DNA of 64,000 bases from Phallusia mammillata. Its lineage: Eukaryota. The notes beneath the pieces were generated by a model that saw only the letters and a list, made by a program, of their open reading frames with translations, did no database searches and was not told the origin of the DNA. The translations under genes were made by a program, and so were the position numbers. The DNA lies in assembly GCA_965637545.1 (NCBI GenBank), contig OZ281497.1, positions 18,786,001-18,850,000 on the forward strand. The letters are read 5' to 3'. This document shows, piece after piece, positions 1 through 10,600 of this stretch (positions within the stretch are counted from its first letter, which is position 1; every line of letters begins with the position of its first letter).

Positions 1-752
1 AAGTTGAAACGATTAGGATTAAATGTGAATAACGCGGGGTGTGGGTTTCCCGCGGTAAAAAAGTGAAACTTTTACAGATGGTAGATATGTCGAAAAATTG
101 TAAAACATAGCATAGGTAGTCGACGACTCGCCTAACGTTTGTGGTGACCCAAACGCGTTCATTCAACCACCTAATATCGATTTAAAACTATGTTAGTTTT
201 ATTTAGGTGATCGTAGCTATAGGACTTTGTTTTCAAAATTGTCTGTGAAAAAAATGTGAAACTTTTACTGCTGCTATTAGAAGCAGAGTCTTTTGCAATG
301 CACAGGTTTTACGTCAAAGCCCGAAACAAATAGATGCCCCAAAAACCAATGGATATGCCTGTGCTTCGTCTCCAATTGTCCAAGAACTAAAGGAAGCGAC
401 TATCCAAGCATTAAGTTTGTTCAAATCGCGGTAACGCAGAGCCGCGATAAAAAAATAAGTTTCATACTATCGTAGGTATGGTGCAATGAAAAAAAGCGAA
501 AAAATGTGTTTTTTATCAAGCCACTCGCTTTTCGTTTGTGGTGCTCTGCGCCAAATGTGCGACCGTTTTTTGGACATGTTGTGATTGCAAGTATACATCA
601 CAGTGTTGGAACAGACTATGCGTAACAAAACAGCCCTAATACGATTCCAATAACTCGATTGGTTTTCGTCCAGCCGAAATAATAAAACTATTGCACAAGA
701 GACTTCTGGCAGGTGCTTGCAAAAAAAATTGTGTAACAGTCAGACAGATCAC

Positions 753-1063
753 TTAATGGACGAGCGCACCACAAACGAAAATCTTGCCTGCAAAATCCGG
801 ATATTCAGCAGTGTTTCCAACAAAGTACCAATCTACAAACTGTAAAATTTTAATTTTTCTTAACAGACTGAGGTCTGTGTCTATCATATCAAGCGTTTCA
901 TAATCCTATGTGAACTGGCTCCTTTTTTTCACTCAAAAAAAACACATACAGAACTTTTCAGACACTTGTCAGCAGGATATCTTGTTGTTATTAAACTGGC
1001 ATAAAGATTTTTTGCATCCTCACTGGCCCCAATAAAAAAAACAAGATGCAAATGTAGTTCTAA
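753..1063 (-). CDS. Possible terminal exons of an unidentified gene downstream of ZCCHC10
   Basis: Exon 1063-950 (LELHLHLVFFIGASEDAKNLYASLITTRYPADKCLKSS, donor GTATGT) and exon 839-753 (acceptor aaaattttacag, FVDWYFVGNTAEYPDFAGKIFVCGALVH*) join in phase 0. No homology recognised and no start found. Confidence 0.2.
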
Positions 1064-1087
1064 CTATTTGCTTCAGTGGTTATTTGG

Positions 1088-1314
1088 CAGTGGTTCTCAA
1101 ACTTTTTAGGCATGCGGTGCAATAAAAAACTAAAATTTCCTTCCGTGGCACACTTCGCAGGTAAAGATAACAAGAGTTGTTCAAAGAATGATAATTTTCA
1201 AGTTTATTGCAGTGGTTAAGGATGCTTTTAATTACCAACAACAAAATATCACGACACATTTGGAAATCTTTAACAGCATACCAGTGTACCGCGCCACATG
1301 TTTGAGAATCACTG
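1088..1314. mobile_element. Non-autonomous hAT-type MITE (227 bp)
   Basis: 15-bp terminal inverted repeats, CAGTGGTTCTCAAAC ... GTTTGAGAATCACTG (1 mismatch). The flanking 8-mers TTATTTGG and TTCTATGG match at 6/8, consistent with a decayed target-site duplication. No ORF inside. Confidence 0.75.
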
Positions 1315-1755
1315 TTCTATGGAGATCAAAGTGGCTTTTATTTCTACATCTTCACTTAAGGCATTGATTTAGAAACGTACGAAGTGATTTGCCAAAAAAG
1401 TAAAACACCTGGAGAAAAATGTTATTTTTTGATCCGACAATTTACACTGAGGTGATTCTAAAATAAATCATACAAGGTGAAACACATACACACCATAAAC
1501 CACACATTGCATGTAATGTTTGCTTAAATTGCCTTCTATATTATTGGTAATTGGTATAAAAAGCACTCAAGCCTTTTATTTGCAGTTAAAACTTTTAGGA
1601 AAAAAAAAACTTTTTAGCAGCTGATGTGAAGTTGTATGCCTTACTACCCTATCTCTTTTTCCAAAACATTAGTCATACTGCATTCCAAGAGGTTTGTCAA
1701 ATGTATAAAAACTACAAAACTTAATAAAATGCAGCATTACAGCTATGTGTTGGTG

Positions 1756-2430
1756 TTATGTGGCAGAATCAGAGTCTGATGTGTTTGCTTTTGGGGAGCT
1801 ACTACTTGAACTACTAGAATCAGAAGATGATGAAGAATCTGTATCCGAATCTGATGAGGAGTCTTCTGATCCTGAGGAATTGTTTGATGATGAGGACGAT
1901 GATGAAGATGAGCTTGAAACAGATGAGGATCTTTTCCTTTTTTTAATATCTTCATGTTTCTGAAAAGTTTGATTTAAGATATGGTGATAGTGTTTTTCAT
2001 CTTGTTACATACAGAAATCTCCTTTTTTACTCTTTATAGTCATGTATGTACAACTATTTTTATATTGTTGCTTGTATAGTTTAAATCCCACTTACATTTT
2101 TTAGTTTTCGCTTTTCTGCTTGCTTGAGACTTTTTTGTAGCTCATGAGATCTGGAAGTCCTGTGGACATATCGCCGGGAATTTTTACACTCATAAGTCCA
2201 GTGTCCTTTCTGCAGGCACTTTTGACAAGTAACATTTTCCTGTGTACAAGAGTTTTTTTTGTTATTTCTTGAATTGATAAAACCATCAGAATGCTAGTTC
2301 TTAAAGAAGTTTTAAAAACACAAGGCTGTCTGTATAACGCGGAAGTAACCAAAGTAGAACATATTTATTATTGCACCTTAGAAAGGTTTGCTTGTCTCTG
2401 TTGAAGAACAGCCATCCATCTTGACGACAT
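1756..2430 (-). CDS. ZCCHC10: Zinc finger CCHC domain-containing protein 10 (3 exons, 133 aa)
   Basis: Exons 2430-2377, 2239-2096 and 1959-1756, with GT-AG introns, all phase 0. Translation: MSSRWMAVLQQRQANLSK|ENVTCQKCLQKGHWTYECKNSRRYVHRTSRSHELQKSLKQAEKRKLKN|KHEDIKKRKRSSSVSSSS...DSDSAT*. The CQKCxxxGHWTYEC knuckle, the following RYVHRTSRS segment and the Ser/Asp-rich tail match the ZCCHC10 family. Confidence 0.92.
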
Positions 2431-3160
2431 AGTGTTTCTTTTAAAGTAACAATACAGTTTACAGGTATAGCTGTATGGCTGAGGTATTGTACAAGCCTTT
2501 GGCCGACTCTTGCTTACTGTATTGGTAATTCAGTTGTACCATTTACGCTCACGATTTCCAGAAATTCACACTAAGTGGTGTGTGCATACGCTTGCAAGTA
2601 AATTTCCCACACAGTACATATGTTTTGTCAGGTTTACTACAGAATACGAGTGGTTTATGCCAGTTGTCTTGTTCGCGATGTTACTCACTCGTACCAGTTC
2701 CACTGCCTCTGTTCGGTTTTGTGCATAGCGTCAACAATATTACATGAGTCGTTGTGTAAAAAATATATTTATTGTCATGATGTGATGATTTTTAGTGGCA
2801 CGGTTTTCTGTGTTAAGTTTAAATGTTAGTACCTGTACTAAGATACCAGCATGTAAAACGTAAAAAATGCGTTACAGAATATGTTTTAGGCAACATTGAT
2901 TGCACGAGGCGCTAGAGCGCTATCTCGTGCGCGCTGGTGCGAATCCACTCACACCAGCGCGCGAGGGTTGAATCACTTTATTTGCTTAGAGCTGTCCTCG
3001 CGGGAGGAGTGCTTGTACGAAGTGTTTTAGAACCAGAACAGAAGCTTGTCCAAAACCCTTCGCGACTCTTGAATTGCTTTGTTCTTTTCCGAGGTCTTAA
3101 TGTGGAACTGTTTTGTTGTGGACCAAACGGAATCTGCTTAATTCATTACCACCTTGACCG

Positions 3161-3193
3161 ATGTCCGGAAATAACAAGCACTCAGCGAATGCC
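3161..3193 (+). CDS. prickle: Probable first coding exon of the long prickle isoform (MSGNNKHSANA)
   Basis: ATG at 3161 followed by a consensus donor GCC|GTAAGT in phase 0, matching the phase-0 acceptor at 7539. The frame upstream of 7539 is closed by a stop, so an upstream exon is needed. The full 16-exon model is 3150 nt, 1049 aa. No homology support for this exon. Confidence 0.55.
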
Positions 3194-4026
3194 GTAAGTA
3201 CAGTTGTTTGTATTGTTGACAAATTTAAAGCTCGTTGTAAAATACAATACATACTAACCTCTGTTGTAAATGCAAATAGGTGATTATTACCAGCACAATA
3301 ATGGCGAATGTTGTTGATATAAACCTTGAGTTTCACAGTACGCCAGGCCCATTGAAGGCGCCATACCGAATCAGTTCATCTAAACCTTGAGTTTGTTGTT
3401 GATCAAATCTATTCATTATCTGGTGTGTTTGTCGTTTTGACTTTGCTAATATTCACTTAGTTGCCATGGTTTACAAATTCAGATCTAAACCTTGCTGATC
3501 GGTGTAGGGAATCTTACCTTATAACGCTAAACAAACGATGTTTAAACGGTGTTTTGTTGGCTGATGTAGACTTAATAATATGCGACGAATCAGAAATGTG
3601 ACAGCTCTTCAGTGCAAGTGTATTACATGGAATAATGTGGTTCTTACAGCTTGCGGTAGCAACAAAGCAATTACGCTGTTTAATAGGTTCACGCTTTTGT
3701 TCCGTTGGCTTTGTGTGCCTTTTGCCTGCGGGTGTATTGCTGTCGTCAAAACACTCGATTTGGCTCATAATATATCTATTTGTTGCAATACACGTCGAAG
3801 TTCGTTAGGCGTCGTTTTCGGACTCAGTCGTTTGTCCACCTGCATTAATACGGTATTAACCTTCATCGGTAATCCGTAATGCTTTGCGAAATGAAACTGC
3901 ATTACGTCAATGGATCTTGTGTTTTTTGGTAGCGCTACAAACTATTATTTACTACAGGCCAAAACATTACATTACCCAATTTGGTTTAAGTTGTGCTTTG
4001 AGCCAAAGTCTTAAATTGGCCTAGGC

Positions 4027-4243
4027 CAGTGGTTCTTAACCTTTTTTCCTTGCTGCACCCCTTTCAAATCACCAACCAATTTTCGCACCCCCTTACAAAT
4101 CACTAACCAATTTTCGCTCCCCCTTCTGTAATTGCTTAAATAGAATTGACCTAACCAACCTTAATGATTCAGCATCCCCGCACCCCCTAGGAACAGTTCT
4201 CGCACCCCTTGGGGGTGCGTGCACCCCAGGTTAAGAACCCCTG
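4027..4243. mobile_element. Non-autonomous hAT-type MITE (217 bp)
   Basis: TIRs CAGTGGTTCTTAACCT ... AGGTTAAGAACCCCTG. Perfect 8-bp target-site duplication GCCTAGGC (4019-4026 and 4244-4251). Contains an internal ~31-bp tandem repeat (gcaccccYtt.caaatcaccaaccaattttc, about 2.3 copies). Confidence 0.9.
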
Positions 4244-6090
4244 GCCTAGGCTTTTTTTTCTTTTTAGTTTCTAAGTAACTGTAATCCATTTGAAAATAAA
4301 CAATTCCTGCATCTTATGCGCTGTTTGAAAACAGAACCTGATGCAGGCTTGACTTCCTTGGTAGCAGCAGAGTAAAAACGTTTCTCAATCATTTTTAATC
4401 TTTGTAATCGCAAATAAGCCAATTAAACAGGGAAAGTGCCAAAAATGGCGAGCAGACTACTGGAGAAGCGGCAATTAGCACTGGTACCGAGCGATTAAGG
4501 TCGACTTGACTATAGGAATCTTTGGTGCGCGGGTTTTACCTCCCATGAATTGCCCACACCGGAGTTACTTAATGAGATAAATTTCGCATGTTCTCCTGTT
4601 CGTTTAGCAGGATTTGGACCTGGATTGAATTGTGATCTGTAAACATTCGGCAACAGGGCTTCTTAACTCATTACAAGGTCTTGTTCCTTTAAATACCATC
4701 TCGACATTCGTTAACTATATCTTGACATCACACATTAAAGTTTCACTAAATCCCTCTTCGGTTCAGAAATGTGGTTGCCACATGAACATATTGATGTTTG
4801 GTGCAGCACCAAAAAAGCATTTATTGTACAATAGGCCTACATATTTCGGTATACGTTTCTTCTTTTGGAAATATGTTCCTCTTTAAATACGCGTTAAGTG
4901 CATGGAATCGCATCAGAGGTTTTTACCTTTTCGTTTTAATTGCGTGATAGTTTATTTTTACACAGCGGTTTGCACGCAAGCAAATTAATTGCAAATACGT
5001 AAATTTGTATACCGATACCTATTTTGCATGTTGTCATTTCTGTAGTCCGAATTGGGATTCTGTATTATGGTTGTAATCGGATCATAGCATGCGTTTAATA
5101 GTGTCTGATTCCTACACTTCGCGTCACGGAGTCTGGCTTATCAGGCACCGGGTCCAACTACCGAAATCGGCAGACAAAGTATAATCTCCAATTATGACAT
5201 AATCGAGTGGCAGCCTGTGTTGTTTGGTTGATTGACGTTGCACTGAACAGTGACAAATCACTGCAGCGACTCCTTTGTGTTGACATTTGACTTGACTAAC
5301 ATGCTTCGCCTGGCATATGGAACAAGTAGTTTGTGAGTGCCAATGCGCCAAATAGTAAATTCTTGAGAATATGCGATGTTGCACATAAACTGCAAAGAGA
5401 TCAATATTTACTTGCTTGTGCTACATTTTATACCATAGCGTATATGTACCTAATGAATTGTGCAAGGATAAGTGTTGTTTTATAGATTTGCTGTACAAAC
5501 AGTTGTTTACATTTCACACCCGATGTACAAAACAAAACTTCATCGTATTGCGAAAAAAACTAGGATTTTAAACAGAGAACTGTAAGAGCACCAACTAAAC
5601 TTCACTATTCGCATGCGTTTCCCTAATTTAGTTAGGTAAGATCCTACGTGCCATGAAATTAAAACGTGCAAACCGGGGCACATAGAGAATCGTATACTCC
5701 TGGAGTAGACTAGATTAAGTTTTTGGTTCTATGACTCTCGCCCAGGAGAATTGAAATTCGACCTGATCTGCTTCTCGCGTCAACTGACCTACTTGGAGTG
5801 GAGAGATTTCGGTCTCGTAACGGCCCAAGAACTAATCACCCAGTGTTTGTGTTCATATCCCGGCTTGCCCTTGCAATTGACTCCGACACGTCCTGGTAAA
5901 GACCTTGCGCGGCGGCATAGCTCGGCCTTTAATCCTGCAAATATCTCTGGGAGAAAGTCGACGCCCGCGCATAAATACGATGCTTAACTGTCAGTCAGAG
6001 TTGACGAGTCGCGTAGCTACAAACACGAGTTGTGTTGTGCATCAAGCAAAAGTCTTCCGAGCTGGTATTCGTCGTAACTGGCTTCTAGAC

Positions 6091-6324
6091 CAGTGGTCGG
6101 CAACCGCCGGTCCGCGGCCCGGTACCGGTCCGCAAGGAGATCGTTACCGGTCCGTATAATTTTTCAGGTTAAATGCTTTAAAACATTTTGCCTATGTATC
6201 CCGGAGATGATAAACTAATTTAAGCGTTTTTATTGGTAAATATTTGTAGTTTTTTGAAGACCGGTCCCGATAAAATTTCACTTTCAAAAACGGTCCGCAG
6301 TGCAAAAAAGGTTGCCGACCCCTG
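6091..6324. mobile_element. Non-autonomous hAT-type MITE (234 bp)
   Basis: TIRs CAGTGGTCGGCAACC ... GGTTGCCGACCCCTG. Perfect 8-bp target-site duplication TTCTAGAC (6083-6090 and 6325-6332). Subterminal CCGGTCC motifs are repeated. Confidence 0.9.
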
Positions 6325-7538
6325 TTCTAGACCACCGCCTGTTTTAACTTTCAACGGCAACAAACGCACTTCAAAGTTCCAACGTCAAAAAGAAGGGAGG
6401 GAGTGGTATTTACGTTTTATGGTTTCAAAATATCTCGTTTATTTGCTTGGTCGTGTTCTACATATCTTTTATCATATGTGGACAGAATTTTATTTCATCT
6501 CGAGAGATATTTAAAGAATCTTGACTGTTATAGGTGGTCCATTAGAGGAATGTTCTAAATATTAAAATTCCATAATGCCTAAGCATATGGGTTGCAAACA
6601 AAAACCTCTTTGAATCGACCCACACTTGGTTTGGTTGCCCTTATTTTTCGGACCAAAATTATCAATGCCCCTTTTCCCAACGTCGAAAGGCGTTTATGCG
6701 CACGATTCGATGTACTCTAGCCGAGAGTTCAACCAACTCTGAATAGCGCTGTGGTGAATGATTCATTCTGCTCTAGTTTGGTGTACAATTGCATTTCTCA
6801 TTGCAGAAAAAGACTTCATAACAAACGCCGTCACACCACCTAAGATATAATTGACGCTTATTTAATTCGAGGGTATCAAGATTTCACATTTTACCGTTGA
6901 CGCACACATCAAGATTTGATCTATTGTGCTGAAACTCACGAAAACATGTTTTTAAAAGTGTAACTAAAGTTAAACTTCAGATACTTGGCAGACCGACCTG
7001 TATCACATACAATAATCTACGATCATGTTTCACAAGTTTGCCTCGGTTAAAGACAAGGTCAAATGCGCGCACGGCTCATTATGTACGCTTCGGCGGTCGT
7101 AAAACATCTTTTTGCGTCTTGTGCTTCACCGCGACCTCAATGACAATAGTGCAAGTGATTTGCTGCGTTGTGTACCAATCTCGAATAGTAATTACGACCT
7201 GCGTGCGTCTGTATGTGACAGACCATCACACATAATGTCTTTCCGCCGTATGTGCCTTTGTCTTGAGATTACAGCAAATGTTGTCCTTTGACGAGCAACC
7301 GTTGCATGACCTTCCGGTTTGACTTTAAGTAGTTATTAATTCTTATTCTGAATGGCTAAATTGTGTACAAACTGTATCTGTGTGTATAATCAAAGAAGAA
7401 ACAAGTCACGGGGTATAAACAAGTCTATTTTGGTATCCAAATGTATACAAATCAGAAATCCCGCTCGTGATCTAAGTTTAATCATTAGGTGGTACGAGTC
7501 TATGTATTGAATGATACCTCTTGTTTTCTGTTATTCAG

Positions 7539-7624
7539 TTCGAAACGCTGAGTGCATTCGTGATCGGCAAACAGTGTCTGTGGTGTGGAGACCGCTGCCC
7601 CGGATTCGCCCTTCATCCCTGGAG
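7539..7624 (+). CDS. prickle: Prickle upstream exon encoding the first half of the Cys-rich N-terminal motif
   Basis: Pyrimidine-rich acceptor (ttttctgttattcag) and donor AG|GTGAGT. Encodes FETLSAFVIGKQCLWCGDRCPGFALHPW(R), phase 2. It joins exon 35221 in frame to give [25 protein letters not shown], the CxxCxxxCxGFxxHxWRKxCxxCKC motif of Testin/LMCD1/PRICKLE3-type proteins. Confidence 0.85.
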
Positions 7625-10600
7625 GTGAGTCGATTTTCCAAGTCTCTCCTGCAAACTGACAGATTTAGACACTGCGTGGCCTGTGAGTAATGCCTGCGGC
7701 TGCGACTAAAAGCAGGCGAGTGCCGACGTTGGTGTCTCCAAGGGCACTCGGGCCTTGATCAAGTTAATAAAGCGGTCTGGAGTTAAAACGAAATCGACCA
7801 AATTTAATACAGAGTCAAAAGTGTTGATTGATATGGGTTTCCTTTCTGTCGCTTGCTTCTTTAAAGCCATTAACCCATGTGTTAACTATATGCTGCCATG
7901 TTTACATATGGAGCAATACCATGGTGCAGAGTCGGCCAACTCGGTTGGTGGAACAATGGTCACGTGTGTGTGGACGCAGCCGCGCGAGGTTGATGTTGAG
8001 TGTTAATAATTGGAACGGTCGCAACGATAAGGCCAGGCTTTGAAAAGAACCGCAGACCGTTCCCCGCCCCGCGTAAGGCAATGTTTATTCACCAGTACAC
8101 CATAAACCTGACTGATATATCGCGCACTTTTTTGCACAGTTTTTTACGAGGCCCGCTCGCTGCATTGTGAAATTACCGGCCTTAAATCTATCTGCGACTG
8201 GTACTTGCAGTTTGCGCGAACAAACCAGAAAAAAATCGAAAAACAATGTTTGTCGCCGTGCGTCTCACTATCGGACAAACACAGTCGCTTTCTTGCCGAT
8301 CGCTGTTTGCTCTTGTCTGCCGAAATCGGGTTGTCATGGTAACGCCTTTGTGTGCCAAATTTCTTGTTTTCGAGCTCTGCGACACACCCCAGTGGCGGGC
8401 ATCGTGAGCAGCATTAACATTTAGCTCTAATTCGCTTTAAGTAACTTCGAGAATAAATAATGATTCTGCTGAATTTATGAAATTGTTTCTGTAAGAGTGT
8501 GTATTTTAAAGCAGAAGTGAAAAAAATACCGCCTTGTGCTCACGCCCTAAAAACTTAAACAGTCGTTTCCATAAGACGACAAACTATCAATATATCATGT
8601 TAAATGCAAATATGAAGAAATAATACATATAAAGGCGGCCGATTTGCAAACGTCGCTGACTTGTGGTCGTCCGGAACCCCAGAAAATAATAGGAATGTTA
8701 TTCCTGCTTCAACCATCAATTTCATATCCATACATCTGTGCGACGATCAATCTTAAAACTTCACCCGGGGATTCGCGGTCCGCACCTCTGCGCTCGCCAA
8801 AACCTTTCCTTTGCCTGTTTGCGCACCTGTCAATTACGATCAAAATAGATTCACGAAGGCCGCGCTCCCTGTCAGCGTTGATAAAATTGTTTACCAGCGT
8901 TTTTTGTTCCAGTGGTATTCAATGTGCTTGTTCGATGACATGAATATGTCTGTTCGATTCTGCTATTGTGCTACAAGTGCAAACACTCGTGGCTAATCAA
9001 ATACTACGTGTTTTCGGAACTTTACGAAAAACAAACTTTTCTTGCATTCCACCCAGTCATGAGATTATTTTGATGTCTACGAAGCTTTAAACGTTTTTCA
9101 TACTTTTTAAAGATTGCATAAGATTGAGGGGGGCCGCACACACTGGTTTTTCTTCGTACAATGTTGACCAAAATGTCGTTTACTGGAGAATAGCTTATCT
9201 TTGTTTTGTATTTTTGTGGTGCTCTTGGTGGTGTTACCGATTTGCACTTTAAAACCTACATCACTTTTGCTGTCGACTGCTCTCGTATACATAACGCGTT
9301 TATTTAATTCTGCGAACTCCCCTTGCCGGAGTTGTACAACCACAAAAATACACATTACCTCTTTGAAGATGGTATTTGGCAATTTGGGCAATGGCTGTGT
9401 TCGACAAGGGGTTTGCCTCCGCTGCCTTGACGCAGCAGCTTCGCCGTAATAACAGGGAAATTAACATACACCACCCAGTTAAATACACAGTGCAGCAATA
9501 CTCCACCTTCAGCTAACACTGGCATTAAAAGTAGACTTATTTGGGTTTCGGCCTATGTACCCTAACTTTTGTTTGAGAAAAACGTCATCTTGGCGACCAA
9601 GTGCACCTATTTTGCACAATATATTTAAGGGAATCTGTAATTACAATGCTTGTACACGGAAAGCTTCTGTATTTTATGCCGAGGATGCCTGCCAGAATGA
9701 CAAAGAATCAAACGTCTACAATACCGTTCATGCTGAGACCACCTCACAACACCCACTTGCATTATAGGCACAACATTGCATGTGTCAACTGTCAAGTATC
9801 TATTGCAATTCAATCATGTTCAATCATGTCAACAAAAACATTGGCTGTGGCAAAGTCTTGCGTATAGGACATTAAAGAAACTTTGACTGGCACGATATTG
9901 ACTCGAGCAAATCAAATTATTTTCTTTCGCAGCAGAACTGAACGAACAAAAATCACGTGTGTCTTCAGCTCGCCTAATAAGTCACTTATTGGTCGCTTTG
10001 TTGTTCTCACTTGAAAGACGAAGGCCAGTCGAGCAAATTTGCTTTGCAATTACAAGGAGCGCGGAAAGGGGGTTCCGAGGGCCGAAACCACAGCACAGCA
10101 AAAAAAAATCGCGATTCGGCCGCAGCGATTTCTGTCAGTTATGTTGACTAATGAAAGTTGTTTGTTGTCCGACATCTTTGTAAAGACGACTGTGCCTTTG
10201 CTGTTAAACCATGTAATGTAACCATCAGTTGATGATTTAGGCGTTAGAAATAGCTGCACTCTATTTCATAAGTAATGTCTTGTTTTGTGAAATGTTGAAA
10301 GGGGCAGTCAGTTGAGGATTGACGGTAGTTGGAAAACGCAAAGCACATTTGCGTGTATATTTCCAGTTGTCTTTTTTTCCCACTAATAAAAAAAGTGGTA
10401 ATGTTTCCGAATTGTCGTTTGTAAAAACTTACCCGACCACCGGCGGTTGCAGATCAAAATTGTGTGTCAGTTTATCCTTGAAGTGGTCTGGATTGATTTC
10501 AAACCCACCGCTGCCAGTCTATGTGTGTGGCAACTTAGTCTTTCGATTCTATCTTACAGTTTAAGATCATCAAGTTCAGTCATGTGTCGGAAAGGGATTG

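Noticed and set aside
1745-1963. Very acidic plus-strand ORF (ESEDDEESVSESDEE...)
   Set aside because: It is the antisense shadow of the Ser-rich last exon of ZCCHC10.
2013-2031. 19-nt candidate microexon in ZCCHC10 intron 2 (aag|...|gtatgt)
   Set aside because: The flanking exons already join in phase 0; inclusion would shift the frame.
3260-3440. Minus-strand frame with an in-frame TGA (3335-3333) followed by a hydrophobic stretch, suggesting selenocysteine read-through
   Set aside because: No redox motif, no recognisable SECIS and no homology; it is also the antisense of an open plus-strand frame.
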